Assembly (NCBI GenBank): GCA_051294905.1
Contig: CM119378.1
Location: 15,004,001 to 15,068,000 of the forward strand
Length of the DNA stretch: 64,000 bases
Direction of reading: 5' to 3'
From: Botryllus schlosseri
Taxonomy: Eukaryota
Shown here: positions 13,200 to 27,300 of the stretch, one piece after another
How the letters are laid out: each line of letters starts with the position of its first letter
How positions within the stretch are numbered: position 1 is the stretch's first letter
The notes under the pieces: generated by a model
The model's database searches: none
Seen by the model: only the letters and a program-made list of their open reading frames with translations
What the model was told of the DNA's origin: nothing
Translations under genes and position numbers: made by a program

Positions 13200-13711
13200 T
13201 AGGGGTCACCAACCTTTTGGAAAGAAAGAGCTAAATCTTGGGTACTGATTATTGCGACGCGCTATCGGTTAGCCTACTCCCGCCGTTTATGCGTGCTGAT
13301 TTGGAATTCTTCACACAAAAGGGCATTCAGAGACATTCAGCGCGGACAGGGTTTCCGCCCCTTACCAAGAACAGAAAACTCCCACTCATCGGGACTCACA
13401 TCAGCGTCTCCGGGCTCGATTGCGTTTCTGCACTGCGCGCGGGAGCACCATCTCCGCGTCGAGGCTCGATCGGGAACATTAACTAGATCCCGTTAGGCCT
13501 CCGCGTGGGCGAAGACGAGCCACGCCCGCTCAAAAACTGCGTTCTAATATTCCTTAGGGTCGACTGACCCATGTTCATTGTTCATTGTTCAACCATTCGC
13601 CGCTTATACTTTCAAATCTTTAATTGGAATATTTGCTACTGCCACCGCGGGCTACTCATTCGGTTCTCGCGAGTTACCGTTAGCCCACGGGCACCGCGTT
13701 GGTGACCACCG
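13200..13711. mobile_element. hAT/Charlie-like MITE with GC-rich internal segment
   Basis: Ends TAGGGGTCACCAAC...GTTGGTGACCACCG; flanks GCCTGCAA/GCCTATAC form only a degenerate TSD. Confidence 0.6.
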
Positions 13712-13774
13712 GCCTATACAGCAGGGGGCATGTACACTGGATAAAAGAAAGGATAACATAAAAGTAAACGACAC

Positions 13775-13995
13775 AAAAGAATGCTACATGTGTCGGTAAG
13801 CGAGGTCGATATGTCAGATTGCGGTCCGGTAAACTTGAGGGTATCTTGATTCAAAAGAAAGTGCTTGTATTTCGATTTGAATGTGGACTGGATATGCTCG
13901 ACGACTGTCGGACAGCCGGCTAGATGGTGTTTCCACACGACAGGTCCGGTATACTTGATAGAGCGCTGCGTGTTCTTGTATTCCGTCCTGATCAT
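13775..13995 (-). mobile_element. CR1/L2-type LINE 3' fragment
   Basis: Encodes RSIKYTGPVVW...STFKSKYKHFLLNQ, homologous to 39935-40210. Confidence 0.75.
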
Positions 13996-14121
13996 ACGGC
14001 AGTTGTTATTCGAGGATGCGCGTGGGTTGGGTAGGCTAGTATAGGCCTACAGTACACCAAATAGCAAACAAAGAACCATAAAAGAACCTTACGGGATGGT
14101 GCCGATTAAGTTCCGATTTTG

Positions 14122-15059
14122 ATGCTTCGACGGTAGGTGGGTGCATGTGCGCTTATACACTGTAAGCTCACGAAAGGTGCCCAGTAAAGCAGTAACAAAC
14201 TGTTATGACTTATCAGTGATCTTGATCAGTATCATTCCGAGCCTTTATATAACTTGCAAAAGTATTGGGACTTTTCGCGTACCAGAAACGAACTCCCCGC
14301 GAACCGACACCGATCCATGAATTGCAGGTTCTCTGCTATAGTTTGGCTTTTCAGTGAAACAACGATTTCTTATTTATTATAATGTGTCTATATTTTCTTT
14401 TCTCACGTTCTGTTTTCCATCTACCCTGTCCGCGTGCTCAGCAAGGCTACAAAAAAGCGTAAACCTACTGAGAACGGTACCTCGAAGGTACGGCCCAAAT
14501 CTTGCTCAACTAAACGATCTATTCTCAAGGGAGTTAAAACCAACTAGGAGCCCAGACACGAGGGCGTATAGAAATTGCTCAACGTGCCTGGGGATTCTGG
14601 GCAATAATCGGATCGCGTCATACGAGCCAATCGTTCAATAGCTGCATGTAGTGTAGGCTACGGTGCACGCACGTCGCACACCGGATATTGCAAGACAGTA
14701 GTAGCGTTACGATATTCTGAGATCCGAAAAAGTGGACACTTTTTACGGGTCACAAAAGATGAAGTAGCATTTATTAATACGGGAAATTTTACTGCTACTA
14801 TTAAAAAACTCTAAAAGGTCATTTTGCTGATTCTACTCGCGAATGAACCCCCACGTATCGTGGGCTGGTTCTGACCTTTATAAAATCTTTACAGGCAAGT
14901 AGTACATTCAAGTTAAGCTCTGCTGGTTATGGCTTATGAGCTCTATTAGACAAATCGTTATTCTGTCTTCATCGTCATTTTATGTAGAGAAAAGAATCGG
15001 AGTCGAAACGGCTAGGTGATGTCGATCGATCGAACCCCGACTTTGACTGGCAAGGCTGA
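14122..15059 (+). CDS. Candidate small orphan gene (exons 14122-14132, 14217-14327, 14442-14487, then 14895-14939 or 14988-15059)
   Basis: GT-AG junctions with consistent phases 2, 2, 0 give MLRRDLDQYHSEPLYNLQKYWDFSRTRNELPANRHRSMNCSKATKKRKPTENGTSK plus ASSTFKLSSAGYGL* or RKESESKRLGDVDRSNPDFDWQG*. Several acceptors have strong pyrimidine tracts; one donor (GTTCTC) is weak; no recognised family. Confidence 0.35.
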
Positions 15060-17619
15060 CATACCCGATTTCAATCTGCTCTCTGCACAATCATCGTATT
15101 GAAAACACGAAAACTTTCAAATGCTTCGAGGGCATCATTCACTATAAAGAAACGAATGGAGCTCTCGGCTCATGCAGCTTTCCGAGCGCATATAAATACC
15201 TGTTCCGAAACTTCATAATTTGGATTGGTACAAGAATAAAAAATGTGAATACCTTTGCGAGAAGTCGCCACACAAAGAACCGTCCTGGATGTTGCTACAG
15301 ACAATTCTTCCAAAAAATGGCACATGGACGCTAGATTCGAAAGGGAACCAATCACGCCCTCAAAATTAGTAATGAGAATGGTCACATAACTTGTAACACC
15401 GACGACCTCTCATCATTCATTGATCACCAACAAGCTAAATTTCACACATAATGCGAAATCCTAATGATAGCGTCATGAAGTCACGGACGTTTGGTGATGA
15501 AAAGAGAACGAAACAATAGACTCTCTGCAACGCTGATGGACGATGTTATCGGTACGACACCGACATCAGGACATTATCGATAGCCGCATTATCAGGGGAA
15601 ATTTAATTTATAGCCATCAATCTATGTTGCTCTCTTTTTTAGATGTCTCTATGAAGACAGAGCTGGACCTAAATATGTTTATTGACAAATTGATCGTAGA
15701 GAAAAAGGCGATGCACCCGTGATTTCATTCCCGAATAGAATTGGACTTTGCGCGACTTTAACACAATACCATAGGCCTAATCGCGCCCAATACGAGCGAC
15801 AGCGAAATGGACTTTGGTAGAATGGGGTATGGGGACGAACGCGGGGTTGTAAGCAAGTCACAAGTCAATCTAGCTTTCATCGTTTTGAATCGAGTGATTT
15901 TCAATTCACCACCGAGTCAAGAGTCCAAGTCAGTGAGTAGAGGGTCGAGTGCCAGTCATAGTGTTGTGACTTGAGTCCGAGTCATTGTGTTCACTGTTCA
16001 GCTAGAGTTCAATCCACTTTTCAACTCTGCTTGAGTGATATCGAACGGCTCGCATACATAATATTCTAATTTTCCTCAGTCCTAATAGTTTCTGGCCCTA
16101 TTTTTCAAGTATCAGGACTGATAGACGAAGTATCAATCATGTGGTAACTTTACTATTTTTCAAAGTTACAATGAAATGCCTATCATTTAAGACCAGTTTT
16201 CTCTTCATCACCCAACCCGCCATGCCAAGGTATGCGAGAAACAAATAACTGTATGTATTAAATTGTCTGAATACGAGAAAACAACCAATAACACAGCGTT
16301 AAAATTATTAGGAATGACACGAATAGAATTTACACATCGCATGATGGGGAGACGATACGTCTAAAGGGAAGCGAGAAAACCTCCATAATCGAGCCACAAC
16401 GAGCAAAACACAAAAATACTAATACGGGTCCGCCAGCATCGCGGACATCGATTTGGCTGCCGATCCTTTTCTAATTTTGCAATAATGATCATAAAAACAA
16501 ATCCACATCGCTCGTTCCCCGGACGCGGTCTACAAACGGATTAAAATTGAAGAAGGCTGAAAATTGTAATAATCTTAATAGAAACACCACAAATTGCTCT
16601 AGCCAAACGACACGCCTCGTCAGTCGGCGAAGTATCAGAGTCGCTACACGCAACAGAGCGTGAAAGCGACAACCAATCACGTCACGGCATACGCGTGACA
16701 TCATAAGAACAAACCAATGGTGGCGACAACAGAATAAAATCGTGGACGAATCGCATTCAAGGCCTACATCGCGCACGAGATATTGATTTACGGACATTTC
16801 GAAGAGTAGGAAGGATTTGAAAAAAAAAAACTGGTAGCCGACAGATTTACGCCACGCGAAACCCCTGTCATTCGCACACTGTGAAGGTATATACAATTAA
16901 ATGAATAAGGCACAAATTTAAACGTTGCATGGTGAAAACGTGCGGCCTCAAAGCGAAACTGCGCCACTCGTTAGTGAAAAAGCCAAACGTTGTGGCGTGC
17001 ATGAGTGAGCTTCCACGCATCGCAAACGTAGTGTCGACAACAAGTGACTACCACAGTGAAAGCCGCGCCTTCCGTTATCCCATGCTTGAGCCGAAAAGTG
17101 GAGTTCCCGGGATAGGAGCTGACTATAGCAGCCCAGACCGACTAGTCATATACTCGTATCTATACAAAATTTTGGGCCGGTAAGGCATCACATCCCACGA
17201 CACAAACACACACACGCAAAATAGGATGCTTGTCTACTCACCGTTAAAGTCAGACCGCCTTAAAGGTAGCATATCGTAAATTGTAATAGAAGCATTAAAT
17301 TTCCGGCCATACAGATTGCGCCGGACGAAGGATGAACTAACTAGACTGGACATGAAACAATGAAAAATAAAACAGTAAAAATCGCCTATGAGACCGTAAC
17401 ACATAAGTTATCGTTTTTATTACTGCATGATAATGATCGACTGCCTACAAACGAGAGATGAACAGCCCGGTCGGAGAAGAAAGCACGCTGAAGCGACCAG
17501 GATTCCGTCCGAGTACCGGGAGACAAAACGGAACACAAAATTTTGGTTCGTGGTCATGCCACGGTAAGGTTCGACGGTATATTGCAGATGGTTTTTCGTA
17601 CATGGACTGACTGCGGATG

Positions 17620-20600
17620 TTACAATATGTTACAGCACCCGTCTTTACCCTCGGGCTTCGCTACAGGCGTGTCCTGGTCCTCCGAATCCCATTTTTGAAA
17701 CTCCCTGCAAAGAAGATGAAGGCCGCGATGAGGCGGTTCTTTTGGTGTCCGAGATTCGAAATCTTCAATCTCGACCTAACCCAGCTCCAGCAATATTTAT
17801 AGGCAATTTTACAGCGATTCTGCTTTTGCAACACTTAAGTAGGTTCTTTTTACTCGGGACTACATGGCTCCAGTGCCAATCTACTTCTTCAAACATGTAT
17901 CCTCCCCCCCGAAGCATTTCTGGCAAGTTTTCAAAATTGCCAAGTACTTCTACTCAAGACTGAGTAAAAGATTGTGGCAATATGTCTCACGCCACCCGAC
18001 AAGCCAACGAAAAAGCACCAGTGACTGGACTATACTTTGAATCCACCGATGAACCATGTAGAATTGAAAAAATACCAGACTCTGGTAAATTTCGTTACGT
18101 CTCAAGGTCTCTGCCTTAGAAATGAAACTTCAACAGAATTTTACAGCACTACGTGTGCCTTAGGATTATGACTCGAAAAAAAAATTTGCCTGTAGCAGGA
18201 ATTAATGTACATTTTGTTATAAATTAATAAAATTATAATCATTTTGTTCAAATCGAAAAAAATGTCCCGCACAAACTAACTTAAATTTTCGACACTGGTC
18301 CAAATATAGAAAAAATTTACAATTCAAAGGTATTCTTTGCTACAAATTTAATTTTCATATATATTTCCTTTTGCACTTCTGGTAAAGTTCATCCATAATT
18401 TGACTTCCCTTTCCGTCATAATGTTAGTGCCAGGGACATCTACAACGGACATATCCGACTTCCAATGGGATCTTAAGGCACTTTATCTCTGCAGGCCATT
18501 CGAGCGCAACGATAGCAGCAAATGATCTTTGGTATATTCTAGAGCCCAACCGATATCGGATTTATGGGTCAATACCAATGAAACCGATATCTCACACCTT
18601 GACCGAGAACCCCAATACATTCAGTCGATATTAAAAAGAAGTTGGATATACATAAGCACATTTTAAAGCTTCAGAGCATTCATTTGAACATCTTTTCAGC
18701 CATTGTTATACTTGAACATGAAATATACTAGAAAGGCTACATCTGGACACCTGTTAAGTGTAACCTATGTGAAATATATCAATATTCTCAGTCTAGCGGT
18801 CAATGATTATAATTTTCTGACTTCCTACCGCCATGTTGTGACGTCACGAAAATTGCCGATAATTTTTCAGCTTCAATGGCCGATACCAATCATTTTTTCA
18901 AAGTGTGATATCGTCCCGATATTATTGGTGAACCGATAATCGGTCAGGCACAAGTATATTCCATATATAGACATCTGGTTAGAATACCAGACTTCCTGAC
19001 ACGCATTTGCGATGAATAAACATGATATCTCAGGAGTTACTATCCATCTAGGGACTTGGCAGTACGGAATTATAGCCCTTGAGCTCCATCTCGCATTGCG
19101 TAGAGATGAAGTTTATGGCATTTGATTAGTGGTAATCTACTATTTTCTCTGAAAGAGCGGCATGCTCTGCACAGCACATAGATAAACTTAAAAATCAACC
19201 CTCCATCCTCGGTTTTCTAATATTTTCATTTGAAATTCTGGCTTGATGGATTGTACCAAGTTTTCGTAGTGTTTTACCATATCATCTCCAAATTTGTAGC
19301 TGAGAGTGGGATATGTTGAGGATGTTGGATTGAATAACTTTGATATATGCTTCAAGAATCGATAATATTATGTTGGAAAGCAATGTATTGTGGCTTATGA
19401 AAACCCTCGCTCATCATTGCATTTTGTAGCTTCACAACACATATGACATGACATTTTCAAATTTTCATCATATCGCTCTATTCGGTTTTTTGGACCGCTG
19501 AAAATATGTTGAGTTGCTCTACTTTCACCTTTTCGAACAACCAGTTCGATTTGTGTCAGACAAATTGAAATTATACGATATTCACAGTCTACATCTAAAC
19601 TCGAAATGAATAATTATTTATTAATTATTTAATTTTGACTGTAAGCAAGAAAACGATCGGATTAATTCAATCTGGGCAATCACAATTTACCAAAATACTG
19701 TTTTATATCTTCGCAATTGGAAATGTGTCAGTTCAATTCAAATCAATCGGTATATATATCAAATAGCCTGTAGCTACAAAAAAAGCCTATCCTTCATACA
19801 GTGAAAACTGGAAAAATTTTGTGCGGGAGGTTTTGTTTGACAAGTCTTAACTTTTGTTACTTTTGAAATCACGACACAAAATTTCATCGTGTGTGACTAC
19901 AGGACACATAAAATTTGGAACTTTTTTTTCTAGTCATAACCCTAGTGTGCATGTGTCAAAAGTTCAATCCGTAAACTCACCTGATTCGACGGACCAAGTC
20001 ATAGAACGCTTGCTCGACGTTAACTTTGGATTTTGCGCTAGTTTCGATGTAAATTACACCCAATTCTTTAGCCCTCGCTTGTGCTTGTTCTGTTGTGACC
20101 TAACGGGAACAACGCTTTCATCAGATTCGTTCCGCCATCCGTAAGACACGAATGCCGTAATTACCCTTCGCTGCGACTCCAAATCGCATTTGTTTCCGAC
20201 TAATATCATCGGGAATTCATCTCGATCTTTGACACGAAGAATTTGCTTGTGAAAATTGTGAATTTCATTGAAACTAAATGCACGAAAGCGCAATGGTCAG
20301 AACTCGGAATAAACGACGGTCAATACCGATTAAAATGCGATGCCTCTCAATGCACCATCGACACTGAAGTCACTTTGCACGAGAACAAATTCACGAACAA
20401 GATATAACTACATAAAAACGAGAAAGACATGACCAAAATATTGTCCACTATGCCACCAGATAGCTGAGGAGTGATTAAATAATGTAAAAAGCAGAGCTCC
20501 ATATGCATAATTATGCATAGAGAATAAATTACAGATGCAGATGCACAGCATAAGAATACACCCACCAGAGAGACACAATATAATCACACACAAAGGAAGC

Positions 20601-22865
20601 TTCAATAGTAAATCCAGACAATAACCCAGATAAGTCAATCCACAGAATGATATTGATGCAGAACATCAAACGCTACTGGCATATCACAATGACTCTTTAT
20701 GTGATGTCATCGATCAGTCACGACTGCTTTAAGTATGAAACTAACGTCACGCCCAAATCACAATATATATTGCAGTTACCTAACGTAAGACATTGCGCAA
20801 CACCTTAGTTCAGCCAGACCGTACAAAATACTGGAACATATTTATAATTATAGCTTAACGCCATACCTGCTCTCGTCCGTCACTGAAAACACAAGAAGGA
20901 AGCCTTCCCCTGAACGCATATACTGTTCCCTCATGGCGCTGAATTCTTCTTGACCGGCAGTGTCCAGAACTTAATAAGAAAGAATGATGTTACAAATTTA
21001 CTTCAAAACAAGAATATCATTAACGCTATGTGAAGCATCAAGTAAAAGATATGAGCAATACATGTTACCACACTACATAATTGGAACAATATTGGAGGGG
21101 AAAATAGCGCATGCCCGATTTAGGAATGATTGATCTATTGATCACAGACTTGCCAGTGAAATTTCAATGTTCTTTGCACGAGAACTGCCTATTTCAACCA
21201 GTATATGAGAGGATTTCATCACAGTCAAAATACGGAAGAATTTCAGTTTCATACAGACGCCTGTTACAGTTCAAGAATGACATATTTATCATACAGTAGT
21301 ACCTTGTCATAAGAGGACACCGTGACTCAACTTTGTAACACATTTACTGGTATACTTTTGAGACCTGACTGACGGGTGCATCTCTATTACACTTCAGCAG
21401 GCAAAATTGACCAGGATATCGATATGATATTCATTTCAAGTGATAATCGCTTTAAAATATTACCAGCACTACGGGATGTGACATGGTTTATATTTTGGAA
21501 TTGGGACATCTCTGATCTCTTCCCAATCTTGTGTCACAAATAACCAACAGTTCAGCGCAGGAGTTCGTTCACAACCCCATGTCCAGACTATATACAGGTT
21601 TCAGTCTATAATCCAACATGACTTCTGTTATCCTTTACTCGAATTGTAAACTATTGAAGACAAGTCGATATAAAAAACTCTTGACAATTCCCCCTTTGAA
21701 AAGGGCGCCGGAGCAGACTTGGACAATTAGAAAATCTTCAACTTTCCCGAATTAGATTAGAATTAGAATTAGAGCTACACAGTTTTTTCCAAATTAGATT
21801 AGGACTACTGAATTCGCAAAAACTTGGAGATTGAATGAAATTGTGAATGAGAATAAAGACAGCAGTAAGTTATGTGCATATCAAGTCACAGTGCATTCCA
21901 TGTGTGCAAAAAGCTTGGCTCGTTTTACATTATACCAGGGATCATCAACGCGGCCCCGTCTAGGTCATATTTTGCGGCCAGCGATCTGTGCTGATATAAA
22001 TAAGCAATGCATATTGCCTTGACGTGCAATGGCCCAGACACTGCCAAGACCGACACGTTCAGAAAACGGCCGGTGATAACCATCTCTTTTTTTGCTGTTG
22101 TTCTGTCTGTGTCTGTGATCGAAACTAGAATGTTGTTCACGGACTACACAAGCTACTATGGCATCACAACATGGCTATTATTCGTCGCACAATAGCTTCT
22201 ATGATTGTACGGTGAAAGTACTGCAATGGCAGCTTGGCACTGGATTGCCCTGCGTTAAAGGGATATTCTTCTTAACTCGGTGCAAAATGCCGTGGACAAA
22301 TAGGCTTTTTCAGGAAAACATTTAATTTAGATTAGAATTGGAATTAGAGAATAGAAACAATTCGCAAATTAGATTAGAATTAGATTACTGGTATTTCACT
22401 GCAATTTAGCGAAAGTAGACAACTATAATTATCTAGTTATCCAAGTCTGCGCCAGAGCCTTGAGTGGTATCATTGCCCGAAAGAAATGACTCAAGTCCGT
22501 ATTTCGCGACTACCATTGATCAAGTTCAAATCAATACAGAAATGGGGAGGTCGTATCACAATGACACATAATGAAGCATTCATACGTCAGAATGCTTCAA
22601 ACAATAAGGTTGATACTTACTATCCAGTTTCGCTACAATTGAATCTATAACGCACTGCTTTGTGTAGGAATCTTCGATGGTCGGGTCATAGTCTTGGACG
22701 AAATATGACTGCAAGAGTAGGCAACGCATTACCTCACAACAGCAATCTAAAAGAAGAACTAATCCCTACCTGAATCAACTGTATAGTGAGGGCGCTTTTG
22801 CCTACACCGCCGCCGCCGACTACGACAAGCTTGTATGAAGTCTGCTCTGAATTGGTGGCAGCCAT
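17620..22865 (-). CDS. RRAS2: R-Ras/TC21 small GTPase, complete, 199 aa (exons 22865-22770, 22708-22621, 20969-20867, 20273-20165, 20099-19981, 17704-17620)
   Basis: Motifs [52 protein letters not shown] and the C-terminus GCCNIL* (CaaX). All introns are GT-AG with consistent phases. Internal exon sizes 88/103/109/119 follow the vertebrate RRAS2 pattern as I recall it. Confidence 0.96.
18540..18953. mobile_element. hAT-type MITE in RRAS intron 5
   Basis: Degenerate TIRs TAGAGCCCAACCGAT/ATCGGTCAGGCACAA; exact 8-bp TSD GTATATTC. Confidence 0.8.
21714..22449. mobile_element. hAT-type MITE in RRAS intron 2 with AATTAG subterminal repeats
   Basis: TIRs CAGACTTGGA/TCCAAGTCTG; TSD CGCCGGAG/CGCCAGAG (1 mismatch). 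Confidence 0.8.
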
Positions 22866-23214
22866 GGCGATAAAATTCCACGAATATTTAAAAATGAAGT
22901 CCTATTCAAAGTCCCAAGCAGAGTTCATAAAAGCTAACAGCCAGATGAAGTTCCCATAACTACATAAAATCTTGATGCAAACAGAAGCAGATATGAGTGC
23001 GAAAGTCTTGTGCAGTGATAAATAAAACAATGTCAACAAATAATTTCAGTAGGCTAAGGCATCGTCAAGGGCGATGAGTGAGAAAAATAATGAAATGAGG
23101 CATAGAAATCTCATTCTATCTCTTGTGACTAACACTGCTAGTCTCAAGCTATCTCAACATCTTGGTAAATATCACAAAGACCAAATATATAATTGTCATA
23201 TAAACTCAATATAC

Positions 23215-24330
23215 CAGGGGTGGGCAAACTACGGCCCGCGGGCCGCATGCGGCCCGCCACACCGTTCTGTGCGGCCCGCGAGAGTCTAAAGAAACTTTTT
23301 TTAAATATTGATAAAATCCGTACTAAAAATCGAATTAATGCAGGGACTTCAATAAACTTTTTCTTAGTATATTTCACAATGATAATTCGAAGACAGTGGT
23401 TCTAAAACTATGGTGTGCCCCCTCCACTGAAAAAAATTTTCGCGCTCCGCGCGATTCTCATTCACGTCATGATTATTGCTGTGTATTTAGTCTAAATTTC
23501 ATATTGAAAAATTCTTGATCCACATTCGTAACCTTCCGTGCCATCTAACTATCTGTTAGGTTTGCTAGCACCCTAGTTGCGTTTTGTGATATGACGATAA
23601 GGGTGGCGCGAAATTTTTCACCATCATAAGGGAGGGGGGGTGTCTCAAAAAGTTAGAGAGCCACTGTTTTAAGGTAAATACTTTCTTACTTTATGTTTAA
23701 TTTCTGGCGCGACAGCCCAATCTCAAGGCCCACGCAGTTTGAAAGGTTTCAACTATATACTAAACATCACAGAAATCCTAAACGAGATTGACGTAATTCG
23801 GATAACGAGTGGAATTTCATATTGGCCACTTCAGTTTTAATTATTTCAGTGATGTGCTTATACAAACGATTTGCGCGTGTCTTAGGCAGATTCGTTCTCT
23901 GCATGCGTAGAATTGGGGTATTTTATTTTATCCATCCATCATCGTAGATGCGTGTTTGAAGCTAACATGGTTATTATGCTGTGAGTATTGTGTGTCCTGG
24001 AACTGAAACAAAAGTGGAATTAGTAAATCTATGAACAGTTCGCTGCTCATAGATTTAAATTTCAATCCTGTTCTAAGAATCGGGACAACCGATTTTCATC
24101 TATATAGTTTTGACAAATTGGTTATTGAGTTCGACCAGCCAATGAAATCTCGCCATGTTTCTGACGTGTGTACGATATCATCAAAACATTGTTTGGTTTG
24201 TTTTGTTTTAAATAGGAACATATATAATCTCCATGTCCTCACTATATAATCTCAATTTTATATAATGCGGCCCGCGAATGGATTTAGATGTTGAATGCGG
24301 CCCGCGAGCTCAAAAGTTTGCCCACCCCTG
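23215..24330. mobile_element. hAT/Charlie-type MITE with nested element 23394-23666
   Basis: TIRs CAGGGGTGGGCAAACT/AGTTTGCCCACCCCTG; exact TSD CAATATAC; sister copy at 53703-54769. Confidence 0.92.
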
Positions 24331-27300
24331 CAATATACCCTTTAGCAATACATCTACTATACAGGTGTCATCATGACTTAGTCCAACACATATTTTTAAC
24401 ATTTAGCAACTAGCACTGCTTAGTATTATGTTATATGGAGTCTGCATCTACCACGTCAGCCGTTACGAGCACGGTGGCACAGTAAATTATAGAAGAAATG
24501 ATGTGTGTATGAATAAGTAACAGCATTCCGCTTACACATCCTACAAACATGCATTGTTGGCATCGTCAAAAATAGAATATCACGTAGTAATTCCCATACC
24601 GATTAGGCAGCTATCTAAACGCGAGGCGTAGCTTTACAAACTCGCAGATCAAGAATGCCACTGCTACCTATCAGCCCACATGTGAGGTTTCGAATTACAA
24701 CATTCCGTCCATATCACAAGACCCAAGGAGTCATGATTCACTATTGCCTCGTTGCGAGGAAAAATCAGATACTACACATCAAGTAAGATGTCACTCTGCA
24801 TAATATAGAATCAAATAGTACACCTGGAATTATCCTAGGGCAGTCCTCTTTCAATTTTTGGTCCACCAAACTGTATATGTATTACCATGTCTCTCTGCAT
24901 ATTAGTAATCACAACCAGTCAATTTTGGACTGGTAAAATAACACTACACAATGGAATTTACACACACATATACCAACATGACAGACATAGTTTTGTACAC
25001 ACAAGTGACATATATACTGTAAGCTATAGTTTCCCTGTTCTGTGATAACCAAGAGATCCAAGCAACAAAGTAAGTATATGATTCATAAACACCATTATTA
25101 ACGACGTCTGGAAGTTATTTGTATGAGTATCGACAATTTTGTTTGCTATATAGCCCATTATCCAGACTGGGTTACATCATTACATCAATATCATAAGAAC
25201 GGAAACGGTATAAGTTAAAACCATGAATCAAAATATTATAATTTTTGTAGTCAGTTGCTGGGTAGACAATACATGAGTCAGATATCTGAAAGAGAGAGTG
25301 CACACCCTGTACCAGTAAAATCATAAATGAAGAAAATACAAAACGGAGCACATAGTTTATATAAAAGTCTCGTCCATAAAAGTTCTTACCATCATTCTAA
25401 TATTGCGAGATTACCAATGTGCACAAGATGCATTCAACCAACTGCCACATATGGTCACTAATGACATAATGTCACAAAGGATTCAACAGGTCTTTAAAAT
25501 CACGCGCTGGGCGTGCTCCAAATTTGTTTCCTGTATACTTCAAAGTTCAAATGAATGATAGCTTGCTACACGAAACTATTTGAAATGCATCCCAATCACA
25601 AATATGTGCTTTGCGTCTTAAATTTTCTTCAAATATGAATAAAATCTCACAAATATTCAAGTGACAATATTATATTTCTCTATTAGGCCTAAACTAACTC
25701 TATTTATAAATACTGCCTCAAATATCAGATCTATAGAACTCAAAGATACACACTGCATTTATCATTATTCTACTCAGTCTAATTCACAGGCCTACTTACT
25801 CACAGAGTCACAGTTATACGTAAAATGACACCTTCTAACAAACATTTGCAAGCTGGTCTTTATAAAATGTGAGAAATCGAATGCTCATATAACAATTCAC
25901 ACAATATTTATCGAGAGCTATAAAACCCCAAAATGCCATTGCTCCAAAATCACACAATGTCAATTTGAAAATAGTTAACATTCGAACAACTCGTGCAACA
26001 TTTGTACCACGAAATTTGTTAAATCCATTTTCTAGCACATTTTGACCATAATACCCAAGGAACGGATTTGATTTGAACAAAACTTCCGTGAAAACAGGGA
26101 ACACATATTTGGATGACGTTCTTCTAGTGAGTACCGTATGTTTTCATTCATCACAAATATTTCAATGTGTTTTGAGCTTGAGCCCAATAACCGCTTTACT
26201 GATGCCCCAGAAAAATTGTTTCGTCATCGTTCTATACGTACGCAGAAATCGAACAAAATCTTTTTGAAACAGACAGATAAGGACTGCTGCTTTGGTTTTG
26301 TTGTATTTGGTCACCTGACTGAAAAAAACCGACTCTTTACATCAGGATAAATATAACTTACTGGTATATAAAATGACTTCTGAAGCAAAATATTATCAAA
26401 CAATTTAATGATCAAAAGACAAATAACAACCCTTTTAATTGCATCAAGCAAAGATAATCGTGATTGTGATCAACTCTCCTGAAAATCTATACTGTCAGGG
26501 TTGATATATATATATATAATAGCAAATTGTATAGCGACAATTAAACAGCTATATGACTATATATTGAAGGTGGTGATGTATTTTCATGCTAAATCTGATC
26601 CTATACGTCTCATCATTTATTAATATCCAGAAAAATTCTTTTTATAATTTGACTTCAGCTTTCTTAGACAAAGTGAATTTCATGATGCTGCAACAACTAT
26701 ATAATTAGACATTTACAAACCTTTCGACTTGCGACCCTTCTCTCGCTTCAAATATTATGGACAAAGTACTGGAACCCATGCAGCACATTACTTAATACCA
26801 CCCAGTCGATTAGATTTGCTTCAAAACAATTCGAAAATTTTTCAAATTATGAATCTTGGAAAATCTGATGGTCAAAGTTCATTTTGCCTGAGGTGGTGTG
26901 GGCCAGACTTCAATTGCACATCGAACCAGCCAATGTTCAAATTTATTTGCAGTTATAACTTCACGATATACGCCAAATAGTAGACTATAAACAACACAAG
27001 GCTATATACAGAACAGAGGCATGGTAGCCTACCTCACAGCCGTAACATGTTAGAATCTATTCATTATCAGTAGAGTAATACAATAATGGTTACTTTAGAC
27101 AAAAAATTGGTTAGTATTGCTTCCTTATTGCTAGGGTACCAAGGTAACCTACTCAAGAAACCAGAGCATAGTTGAGCTATCAGCAGTCTGCATTCCTAAC
27201 GGAACCGGAACGGCAATCGTCATCGCCGATATTTCCATAGCTTTAAAAAAGCGAACGGCTCAGCGCCAGCATCTGCCAATATCATGGTAGTTACTAGCAT

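Noticed and set aside
16489-17183. ORFs 16489-16896 (minus) and 16929-17183 (plus) as genes
   Set aside because: No recognisable motifs, and I could not build a phase-consistent multi-exon model.
17427-18090. Plus-strand ORFs 17617-17802 and 17742-17963 with apparent splice signals
   Set aside because: The coding-like composition is explained by RRAS exon 6 (CaaX) and its flanks on the minus strand; no coherent protein results.
19860-19945. Nearby [10 protein letters not shown] sequence as the RRAS terminal exon
   Set aside because: It is in the wrong phase, implies too short an intron and is not a valid CaaX; the real terminal exon is 17704-17620.
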